32,000 nucleotides of DNA from a cyanobacterium endosymbiont of Epithemia turgida isolate EtSB Lake Yunoko (GTDB lineage Bacteria > Cyanobacteriota > Cyanobacteriia > Cyanobacteriales > Microcystaceae): NCBI RefSeq assembly GCF_000829235.1, contig NZ_AP012549.1, positions 1,950,001 through 1,982,000 on the forward strand. The letters run 5' to 3'. The notes under the pieces were generated by a model, which searched no databases, had not been told where the DNA came from, and saw only the letters and a list, made by a program, of their open reading frames with translations. The position numbers and the translations under genes are program-made. Positions 1 through 8,540 of the stretch are shown piece by piece. Each line of letters opens with the position of its first letter. Positions within the stretch are counted from its first letter, which is position 1.

Positions 1-1988
1 CTAAGTTGAAAGTTATCTGCATTTCGTTAAATTGTTGACTAATTGTAATGTAAGTTCGACGAGAATCAAAAATATAGTTTTTATTTTTAATATCTAAGGT
101 TGACAATTATCTAGAATGGTAACTGCCAATAATCAAGACTAAAATTTTTTTTTAACCCCAAAAAGCCAAAAATATATTATGTTTCACACCTTCTCTTTTT
201 CTAGTTTTTTTTAAAAAAATTATTTTTTAGCTGGCAAGAAGGTAAATAAAATTTTGATAAAAACTTGAATTTATTGAGTATTAAATTTTAGATATATTTC
301 TGCGCTAGTTGTTAACTATTTTGATAAAATAATATTTACGAGGTTAACTATTGTTAATTGGTTTAACCGACTTTTGCTACATACAACTAAGTATTTAAAA
401 ACTCAGTATACTTAACTATAAAATAGCTAAAAGACTCACGTAAAAGTAAAATAGATGAAACTAATTCTTATATTTTTTTTTGTAATTTGGTCAAAAGCAG
501 TACACTAACATCATTGTTCAGCTCATACATTCAGCAAGACGACAATAGCTAGCTATATTAAAAAATACTTTTTGACAATTAGAAAAATATATTTTAAATA
601 AAATTATTTTAAGATTCATATTCTTAGCTATAAAAAATAACTTGAATGCTTATAATTTTACAAGTCTTTTTAGAAGAAATTACTGTTAATAGAAGAACAT
701 AACATAGAATTTATATATTGAAAAATTAGATTTAATATGCATTAAGTATAACATGAACTATCTAAAATGTACTTAGTAAGTATTTTATAATTTTAAATTA
801 AGACACTACATTTAAATGTTCTGAGATTAAACTTAAATTAACTTTATAGAAGTTGACAAAGCATCAAAATTGAGTCAAAATCTTTTTGTCAATTATGACT
901 GTCAATTCATTGATTCCACTTAATTGCTTTAAGGCTCAGTAACAACGTTCAATAACTAAATAAATTGTTTTTAATTCAAGAAATATACTTTTATTAGTTT
1001 TCTTTAAGTTTTAACTATTTTTAGATAAATCACGAAAATATAGAATAAATAATCACAAAAATAACCTTTAATAAAATAATTATGATTTAACTCCTGTTTT
1101 TTGAAACATAGCAATTTAAAATTGCAAACCACTTTATATTTATTAATAATAAATTATATTAGAAATCTGTCAAATTGATAATTTTTTTAATGAATGCTAG
1201 ACAATGAAAGCTAATACTCTTTAGCATTTATTTATAATTGTGCTCCCAATATAAAAGATCTTCAGTACGAAAAAAACTAATGAATTATGATGATTATTGA
1301 AAACCAGGGGATATTAAACTATTAGAAATAACAGATAAGGAATTTTATAATTATCATAAACAAGTTTTAGTTACTACTCAAAACCAGACCAGGCAAATTA
1401 AACTAATCAATTTAAGCGAAGTTAAATAAATTGCCACATAGGATATTATGAATATATATTTAAAAGAACTAAATATAAATTTAAGTATTTAGTATTTCAA
1501 AATAAAACTATGTAATATTTAATAAATAAGTAGTACATAACTCCTGTCTATACTAATTATTTCTCACTATACATAATAATCTCATTTTGTCTTTCTCTTA
1601 TCTTCGGTATCAGGGTTTTCTTTGCACCGAGCCTCTTAATAAACTACCTTGAGAAGGCATAGATAAACCTTGCTATTAAAATAGTAAATAAGCTTTTTTT
1701 AAAAAAATATTTTATAAATAAAATAGTTAAGTAGAGTACGCTGGTTAAATCATTATTGTTATTAGTTAATAATCTAGTAAACAAAAGTAAAAACTTGCAC
1801 TTTATGAAAATTAAAATTAAGTTTTTGGGGTTGCATAATAAATCGAAAATAAAAGTCTGGGAAGTTATTAGCTACTAATTAATTTATTAGATTAAGTCTA
1901 GAATAGCTGTTATTTACACAACAGATCACAATCTAAAAAACTCAGGTGTATTTCAGTAGTAAAATACCAAACTAAATGTTTTAATATT

Positions 1989-2050
1989 AACTCAGAGAAA
2001 GTTTCTTGGTAAATAAAAATTTTTATTTACCAAGAAACTTTCTCTGAGTT
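1989..2050 (-). repeat. Perfect 62-bp spacerless palindrome (31-bp arms) that contains the stop codon and last 8-9 codons of the transglycosylase gene. It may act as a transcript-end stem-loop.
   Basis: Read directly. 1991-2019 ctcagagaaagtttcttggtaaataaaaa is the exact reverse complement of 2020-2048, and flanking aa/tt extend the pairing. No clean U-tract follows on either strand. Confidence 0.5.
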
Positions 2051-4221
2051 TTATGAGCTAATAATTTAGCGATCTCAGTATTATAAATCCGAAGATAATT
2101 CCAGTAATTACCAAACACAGATTCTATATAACTTTTTGTTTCTTGGAAGGGTATTTTTTCTACAAAAATATCAGGATCACTAACCTGATATATTCGTCTC
2201 CATTTTGAAACATTGCCGGGACCTGCATTGTAACTAGCAACAGCTAATAACGAATTATTACTATAGGTCTCATGGGTATAATTTAAATACCAGGTTCCTA
2301 GATTAACATTGTCATTAGGATTGTTCAAAGAATATTTTTTTAGAGCTATTTTATTAGCTACCCATTCACCTGTTGTTGGCATCACTTGCATTAACCCTTT
2401 TGCTCCCACTGGCGAGGTAATTTCTGGTTCAAAACGGGATTCTTGACGGATTAAAGAGGCTATTAACAAAGGATTAATTTTACGTTTATGAGACCAATCA
2501 ATGATAGTTTGATAGAAAGGAAAAGGAAAAAGCGCATACCAATATTCGGGGGTTTCTCTAAGGTTTTGCAATTGTTTTTTTGATTCAGGCCCGTCTTTAT
2601 TTTGAAGACTCCAAACTTGATTAATTCCTTGTAGGTTTTTTCCTTGTACGAGTTTCAGTAAAGTATCAGTAAAAGATTCATCAACACTTAATTGAGAGCG
2701 ATCATTCATTTCCGCTTTAAATAAAGTGATAGCATCCTCGTCTTGTCCTAGACGATATAGTTCTTTGAACATGTCCGATCCCGCCGGAGGAACCGAACGG
2801 ATATCAGGTTTAGTGACGGTGGGTAAGATTTGACGTATGGTATTAAAATTTCCCACATTCCAGCCTAACTGAACTGCTGATCGCCAAGCATAGTAAGATT
2901 GAGGATGATGGGAAACAACGTGTTCAAAAGCCGCTCTAGCATCCTGTGATCGCCCTAACTGTTGCGCCCATTTACCTACCCAAAAAGCCGCTTTGGGGGC
3001 GAGGGAACTGTTAGGATTATTACTTATAATAGGTTGCGCCCAAGTCCAGGCTTTGAGGACATCTCCTCGCTCAGCAGCTGTTTGCGCCACACTCCAACGA
3101 TATTTAGCGGTTGCATCAGCCTTAGGATATTGAACTAGTAAGGTTTCTCTACTTTTAGCTGCCTCAGCTTTGCGCCCTATCTCATCTAATAACTTAGCCT
3201 TTTCTACTAAAGCATCACCCGCTTCATTAGGAAATTGTTTAATAACTTGGTCAAAGTAGCCAATTGCGGTCTCAGATTGAGATAGTTTAGCGAGTCGTTT
3301 CAGGGCTGTTGCTGTTTCCGGAGCTGTAGGAAACTCTAATAATAAGCTTTGATAGCCTGTCTTTACCTCATTTTTACTATCACTGTTGGGTTGAATCTGT
3401 TGTCCCCTAGCAATACGATAGAGATTTTGAGGAGTAGCTGGAGCTTTTTTGTAAGCTTGGACTGCTTTATTATATTCGTTAGTTGTCCAATAGCCATCAG
3501 CGATCACTTGCCAGTTTTCGGGAGTCAATTGACTACTATAGTCTTGAACTAGACGATCGCGGATCGGGTTAGTCTTAGAGGTATTGGCATCATACTTAGC
3601 CAATAGAATCAACAATTGAGGTTGTTCTGGGTTTTCTTGAAAACGCTTACGGATAATCTTTTGCGTACTGGGATGTTGAGGAAATTTTTCAATCGCCTGC
3701 TCCCAATATTGGGGATCATATTCTCCTAATTTGTAGAGTGCTTCTGCTGCAACTAAAACATCGGGATAGGTTTTAACCAGTATTTTCCAGGTTTTTTGAG
3801 CTTTATCTATCTCATTGGTGAGTTCATAACCCCGTCCCCGTTTGAGGAGTATATAGGGAATTAGTACAGGATATTCTTTGTCTAATCCTTCAAGTTTACG
3901 TAAAGCCGGACCACCTTCATACTTTCGGAGTAAGTCAATAGCCAATAAATAACGACCGCGACTTCGTTCTAGAGAGAGAGTATCAGACTCAGCAATTTCT
4001 TGCAGTTTTTGCTGTCTTTGTTCTGAGGAAATCTCGGCTAAAGTCAGAACGATCGAAGGTTTATTAGGATCTTCTTTGAGAGCTTCTTCAATCTGTGTTT
4101 GTTGCCTCTGCTCGAACCATTCCACTGTTTTAGGAACCAGTAAAATGGTTCCAACAATGGTGATTCCTAGAATTCCTAAACCAGCAAAGAGGAAGTTTTT
4201 TTGTTTGAGTGACTTTAGCAT
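2023..4221 (-). CDS. Soluble lytic murein transglycosylase (Slt70-like), membrane-anchored or secreted
   Basis: 732-aa ORF with an N-terminal hydrophobic anchor (FLFAGLGILGITIVGTILLV) and a long helical-repeat region. The C-terminal SLT domain carries the catalytic motif IRQESRFEPEITSPVGAKGLMQVMP and AVASYNAGPGNV. Confidence 0.9.
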   Translation of the reverse strand: MLKSLKQKNFLFAGLGILGITIVGTILLVPKTVEWFEQRQQTQIEEALKEDPNKPSIVLTLAEISSEQRQQKLQEIAESDTLSLERSRGRYLLAIDLLRKYEGGPALRKLEGLDKEYPVLIPYILLKRGRGYELTNEIDKAQKTWKILVKTYPDVLVAAEALYKLGEYDPQYWEQAIEKFPQHPSTQKIIRKRFQENPEQPQLLILLAKYDANTSKTNPIRDRLVQDYSSQLTPENWQVIADGYWTTNEYNKAVQAYKKAPATPQNLYRIARGQQIQPNSDSKNEVKTGYQSLLLEFPTAPETATALKRLAKLSQSETAIGYFDQVIKQFPNEAGDALVEKAKLLDEIGRKAEAAKSRETLLVQYPKADATAKYRWSVAQTAAERGDVLKAWTWAQPIISNNPNSSLAPKAAFWVGKWAQQLGRSQDARAAFEHVVSHHPQSYYAWRSAVQLGWNVGNFNTIRQILPTVTKPDIRSVPPAGSDMFKELYRLGQDEDAITLFKAEMNDRSQLSVDESFTDTLLKLVQGKNLQGINQVWSLQNKDGPESKKQLQNLRETPEYWYALFPFPFYQTIIDWSHKRKINPLLIASLIRQESRFEPEITSPVGAKGLMQVMPTTGEWVANKIALKKYSLNNPNDNVNLGTWYLNYTHETYSNNSLLAVASYNAGPGNVSKWRRIYQVSDPDIFVEKIPFQETKSYIESVFGNYWNYLRIYNTEIAKLLAHKTQRKFLGK

Positions 4222-4362
4222 TCCATTTCTCGAACAACAGTTAAATATATATTATTAACCCTTCTGGGTTTATTTGGGGGCGTTTGCTTTGCATAGAGAT
4301 TATCCATCTATTTTCGCTGTGCATTTCTCTATAGAGATCACCGAGTCTTGTTTATTTAAAGT

Positions 4363-4406
4363 CCCATCATTCCCAGTAACTGATCGCAGTTACTGGGAAT
4401 GATGGG
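4363..4406. repeat. Perfect 20-bp stem / 4-nt loop inverted repeat in the region upstream of the transglycosylase gene
   Basis: cccatcattcccagtaactg-atcg-cagttactgggaatgatggg, read directly. The centre (tgatcgca) resembles a degenerate HIP1 core. Confidence 0.6.
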
Positions 4407-5900
4407 TAGAGAACTTATGCAAGTTCGTTTTTAACAGGCTCTTCATATGTATTCTTGATAAAAGTTTTGCAATATTTTTTCTGGTTTTTAGAAGTCAATT
4501 TGGTGATTATGCCGCGTATTTTTATGAACCTGTTAAGATAAAAAATCCCTACTTTTAGTGCAATTCTATTGAAGACTAACCCTTACAGTTTGCTCATACT
4601 TAAATTTAGTCCATACTTTCATTTATGATATTTATAATCAATTCTAGGATAATAAAGTGAGTTAAGTAAGAAGTGTTCGCTTTATATATTTCAATAGCTA
4701 ATATTTAATATTATTCGTTAATACATAACTCCTATCATGGATAAAATTTAAGTAAAAATCCAGTAAAGATTTATAACTTAGAAAATATTAGTTATACAAA
4801 ATTAAAAACCATAGTTATTATTCTCATTATATAAGTTAATCAATGAAGAATTCAACCACATAAAATTAACTTTACTCAGTAGATTAAAATAAAAATTTTA
4901 GGCAGATAAGTTTAACAAAAAAGTGAATGAAATAGTCCAATATACTTTAATTTCTTAAATATAAAATATAAAATATAGTTTTATGTTGATCATCCATCAA
5001 CTATTTCACCAATGGGTTTCACTGGTTTTTATTTCATACTCTGTTGATGAAAAGTAGTTAGTTTAAGTCCTTGTTGATAAAGGGGTTTATATATTTATTA
5101 AGCAAGATATCAAGCAAATTATTTACTGTAATGATATCTTGTGTTAACTCAAAAATAACTTTACAGTTATCTGTGTTAACTGTAGTTAACTTCACAGTTA
5201 ATAACCTTGGTCGTTTATGATTAAGTGTAGTCTATTTTAGTTCTTGATGTTACCCTAAATTGGTTTATTCTTGTTAAATTATTTTTTCAAAACTAGGTAT
5301 ACTCTATTGAGATTCTAATGAAAGACTCCTATCGGAACAGAATGAATGAAACTAATCCCTGTAATTCCTCTTTTGTGAATCAGTAAAAAACAACAAAGTA
5401 GTATCATTAAAAGGTTCAATACGCTGACCCATAAAAAGCGACTATAATGATCATAACTTTTCCTATTCTCATATAATAACTACATCATTTTTCTTTTAAA
5501 AATACTGTCAATTGAGTAACAGAATGATAATGCTGTTTTTATTTTTAATAAAAATGACTTAGACTATAAAACATCTCAGCGAGATCAAGACGATATTTTA
5601 TATTGATAGCACCAAACCTCAATAAATACTGCTGATAGCATAGCATGGAGTGGCTGCTTCCTTTTTTCTTAAATTATTGTCGAACTCACATTTTTTCAAC
5701 GAGAATTTCAGTCTTGATTGTTAACGGTTACCATTTTAGACAATCGTCAACCTCGTCACATTTTAACTTTAATATTGAGAATAAAAATAGTGTGTTTCAA
5801 TTTTATCAAATTCACATCCCTAGTGGGGACACTTTTCTGTTTGGGCGTTTTCTTGTACCAGATTCTATACTTAAAATCCTAAAATATTATATTTTTTACT

Positions 5901-5924
5901 AAAAAAAGGAGGGGATTACCCCTC
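5901..5924 (-). terminator. Rho-independent terminator of rpsA
   Basis: On the minus strand: gagggg-taat-cccctc followed by cttttttt, about 35 nt downstream of the rpsA stop. Confidence 0.7.
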
Positions 5925-5957
5925 GTTTACCAGTGTTGAGCCCAATTATAATTTTAA

Positions 5958-6983
5958 TTACTGCTCACTTACAGTAGTGGCTAATTCCTCTTCTGATTCT
6001 GAAGCTGATTCCTCTTCTGATTCTGAAGTTGACAGAATATCTAAATCCTCCTCTTGAGCCTCAGGTTGTATTTTTCCCTCCGCTTCAGCTATGAGTTTTT
6101 GGCGATATTTCTCAGCCATTTCTTCTGCTTTTTCAAAAACTAAATCCCGGTCTTTCAGCATATCACCAGGTTCGGGTTCAAGTTGTTTGGTCGATAAAGA
6201 AATTCGACCCCTTTCTGCATCTAAGTCAATGATCATGACTTTGAGTGAATCATTGACCCCAAAGACACTGTGGGGGGTATCGATATGATCATGGGAAATT
6301 TCAGAAATGTGCAGCAGCCCACTGACTCCCCCAATGTCGATAAATGCCCCATAGGGTTTGATTCCACGAACTGAACCAACTACCACCTGACCCACTTCTA
6401 AACCGTTCATCTTACGCTCAACCAGCGCACGACGATGGCTCAATACCAGACGGTTGCGCTCTTCATCGACTTCTAAAAACTTTAATGGCAGGTCTTCACC
6501 GACCAAATCTTCCTTAGCTTCGCGGGTGCTGATGTGAGAACCTGGGATAAATCCTCGTAACCCCTCAATGCGTACTAATGCGCCCCCTCGGTTTGTAGCA
6601 AAAACATTAGAGCGCACGGTAGCATCTTCGGCTTGTAGTTGGCGAACTCTTTCCCAAGCTCGCATATACTCAATCCTACGGATAGAAAGAGTTAATTGTC
6701 CATCTTCGTTTTCATCGGTCAGGATGAAAAATTCCCGTGTTTCATTCGATTGAAGAACATCTTCAGGATCGTCAACTCGGTTGATCGACATTTCTTGAAT
6801 GGGGATGTAAGCAGCAGTTTTCGCACCAATATCTATGAGCGCGCCTCTCGGTTCCATACTGAAAACTGTCCCAGGAACAATGTCCCCGGGATTAAAATGG
6901 TAGTCGTATTTATCGAGAAGTGCCGCAAAATCCTCGTGGGTGAAGCCAATATCTTGAGTAGCTGTTGTTTTCTGAGTTACCAT
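5958..6983 (-). CDS. rpsA: 30S ribosomal protein S1 (short cyanobacterial form, three S1 domains) with an acidic Ser/Glu tail
   Basis: 341 aa. Repeated S1/OB motifs: GDIVPGTVFSMEPRGALIDIG, RGGALVRIEGLRGFIPGSHIS, GQVVVGSVRGIKPYGAFIDIGGVSGLLHISEIS. AAGG lies 5 nt upstream of the ATG. Confidence 0.93.
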   Translation of the reverse strand: MVTQKTTATQDIGFTHEDFAALLDKYDYHFNPGDIVPGTVFSMEPRGALIDIGAKTAAYIPIQEMSINRVDDPEDVLQSNETREFFILTDENEDGQLTLSIRRIEYMRAWERVRQLQAEDATVRSNVFATNRGGALVRIEGLRGFIPGSHISTREAKEDLVGEDLPLKFLEVDEERNRLVLSHRRALVERKMNGLEVGQVVVGSVRGIKPYGAFIDIGGVSGLLHISEISHDHIDTPHSVFGVNDSLKVMIIDLDAERGRISLSTKQLEPEPGDMLKDRDLVFEKAEEMAEKYRQKLIAEAEGKIQPEAQEEDLDILSTSESEEESASESEEELATTVSEQ

Positions 6984-7379
6984 GTACCTTAGGTTATCCT
7001 ATGCCTGATCTCCAATAAATGTTAGTTTTTGTTTTAGTGTACAGTTTCTAACTTTTAGGGACTTATAGTTGATAAAAACATCTTCGAATATGAGACGCTT
7101 TTGTTTTGTCGGTTTTACCCGAACAGGATGAACTATAACACCCCAAACCCGAATATTGAGCTATTGGGAATTATTTTCATCATAATTTCTAAAGGGTCAT
7201 GAAAGTCTACACTGACGAGATCATCACTATACCTTATAGATTAAGTGGAAAAAAAGTGGCTCTGAGGAGACACCTTTCTGCCAATATAGCCCTCTTAGAC
7301 TTATGTCTTAAGAACAATTAGACGATGAAGTCGATCTAATCCATTAATATTTACAGAAAAAGACCCTAATTATGAAGTG

Positions 7380-7570
7380 CTTCAGAGTTAGCACAGCCGA
7401 AGGCTCCGCAATGCGGACGCTATGCCTGAAGCTCCTCAGGTTCACCTCGTAATGGGTTGATATAACTAACCATTTACCGAAGTAATGTCATGCTCGGCAT
7501 ACTATTTTTACCTAGTCGCTCCTGCATGAGCACCTCCCATGAGTGTAAGTTTCTGCACTCATTACGGTAC
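7380..7570 (-). ncRNA. Candidate structured RNA or leader: a GC-rich island with several short hairpins. Identity unknown.
   Basis: Local GC is far above the surrounding intergenic DNA. Minus-strand hairpins include two C(UUCG)G tetraloops (7395-7405, 7471-7487), ccgc-auu-gcgg (7406-7416), ccuga-ggagcu-ucagg (7425-7440) and a 7-bp stem (7539-7562). There is no long ORF in any frame. Confidence 0.3.
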
Positions 7571-7607
7571 ATCTTCAATCTTAGCATTGTTTTTATTTAA
7601 CCGGCTT

Positions 7608-8147
7608 CTAAGAGGAAGTTATCATGGAAGATGAGGAAGTTCCTTTATCAGAAGTGTTATGATTGTCCTCTTGCCAATGGGTTTCTGAGTGGGTTTTTTG
7701 TTCCTGAAATTGTTCTAGAGTGGCCACAAAATCTTTAATGCCTTGAAAGCGACCATAAACAGATGCAAAACGAATATATGCTACTTCATTTTCTTGACGA
7801 AGGTAATCTAACACTAATTGGCCAACTTCTTGGCTAGTTACTTCCCGTCGAGGATGCTGCTGCAATTGAGCCTCGATTTCATCAACAATCGATTCTAGTC
7901 TCTGATGGGAGATTCCTGTTTTCTCACAAGCCCGGATAATCGCTCGCAACAATTTAGAACGATCAAAGGATTCTTTTTTCCCGTCGTGTTTGACAACAAT
8001 GATGGGAAAAAACTCTACTCTTTCATAAGTTGTAAAACGATGTTTGCAACCTAAACACTCACGACGACGACGAATACTTTGTCCCCCTTCAGAGGAGCGA
8101 GACTCTAAAACACGACTATTGATGTGTTGACAGTATGGACATTGCAT
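7608..8147 (-). CDS. nrdR: Transcriptional repressor NrdR (zinc ribbon + ATP-cone)
   Basis: 179 aa. The canonical N-terminus is [45 protein letters not shown], followed by an ATP-cone region. Confidence 0.95.
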   Translation of the reverse strand: MQCPYCQHINSRVLESRSSEGGQSIRRRRECLGCKHRFTTYERVEFFPIIVVKHDGKKESFDRSKLLRAIIRACEKTGISHQRLESIVDEIEAQLQQHPRREVTSQEVGQLVLDYLRQENEVAYIRFASVYGRFQGIKDFVATLEQFQEQKTHSETHWQEDNHNTSDKGTSSSSMITSS

Positions 8148-8335
8148 GGAACTGTCCGTAATAACGGATATTGAATTAACAATAAGCTAGCCAACAGTAC
8201 AGTAAAAAATGAACAATCTAAGCAGAACTAGCAACTAGCTATGCTGATATATCTATTCTCTCTAGAAGGGAAAAAACATAGGAGATTGGGGGTATATTAA
8301 CAGCAGTTGATTCTAGTAGAATAGATAGTCGAAAT

Positions 8336-8429
8336 TTATGTTTCAATACGAGGGATTGACCGAAAGGCGATATCGAAAAACAATACAACTAAAGCCATAC
8401 CAAGAAACATAATAAGCAGCGCTTTCCAT
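8336..8429 (-). pseudogene. psbT: psbT (photosystem II reaction centre protein T) remnant with a 1-nt frameshift
   Basis: The minus strand reads ATG GAA AGC GCT GCT TAT = MESAAY. After a +1 shift it reads IMFLGMALVVLFFDIAFRSIPRIET*. From memory, the PsbT consensus is MESVAYIL..L..GVLFFAIAFREPPRIE. The length is 94 nt (3n+1). It lies 111 nt downstream of the psbB remnant, which is the usual psbB-psbT arrangement. Confidence 0.8.
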
Positions 8430-8540
8430 TTGATTGATTTCCTAAAATTGCTTGCGTTCCCAGTGTATCAAAAAAGTTGATAATTTTTTAATGTTTAGCG
8501 ATTATAGGGATAATTAAACTTGACTTTTTAAGATAAAATA

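Noticed and set aside
3349-3552. Antisense or shadow ORFs inside well-supported genes. On the + strand: 3349-3552, 4076-4258, 6091-6288, 6568-6753, 6696-6992 and 31497-31895. On the - strand: 11001-11189 (same strand as its host gene but a different frame), 16627-16836, 18278-18469, 27434-27709 and 27713-27931.
   Set aside because: Each lies entirely within a longer ORF with clear family motifs, either on the opposite strand or in another frame. Their products are low-complexity or lack motifs. They are typical shadow ORFs.
4955-4980. Short A/T tandem repeats (e.g. aaaatat x3) and other low-complexity runs considered as CRISPR or VNTR candidates
   Set aside because: The units are 7 bp or less with 2-3 copies and no repeat-spacer periodicity. 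This is ordinary low-complexity AT-rich DNA.
5645-5902. 85-aa plus-strand ORF in the slt-rpsA desert, and the 72-aa ORF at 12549-12767
   Set aside because: Neither has an RBS. Their composition is Phe/Ile/Asn-rich, as expected from translating AT-rich non-coding DNA. 12549-12767 starts antisense inside the FAD oxidoreductase gene. The end of 5645-5902 runs into the rpsA terminator.
7128-7202. 24-aa ORF MNYNTPNPNIELLGIIFIIISKGS with a TPNPN string reminiscent of PsbL/PsbF N-termini
   Set aside because: The match is a 5-residue string plus generic hydrophobicity. No psbE/F/J context is present. It is too short to distinguish from chance in this composition.
7406-7420. tmRNA-like string (caatgcggac) and a general search for tRNA or tmRNA genes
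   Set aside because: No adjacent T-arm (GGTTCGAATCC-type) or acceptor/CCA context. I could not find any cloverleaf-compatible GTTCGA/TCGAAC motif pair anywhere in the window.
7400-7560. Possible TPP (thiamine pyrophosphate) riboswitch on the minus strand (GGUGC...CCGAGCA...ACCC...GAACCUGA...GCG)
   Set aside because: Only short fragments resemble the consensus. The CUGAGA box and the P4/P5 pyrophosphate-sensor helix architecture are not reproduced, there is a 10-nt insertion before GAACCUGA, and no thi gene follows. I keep it only as an unidentified structured island.
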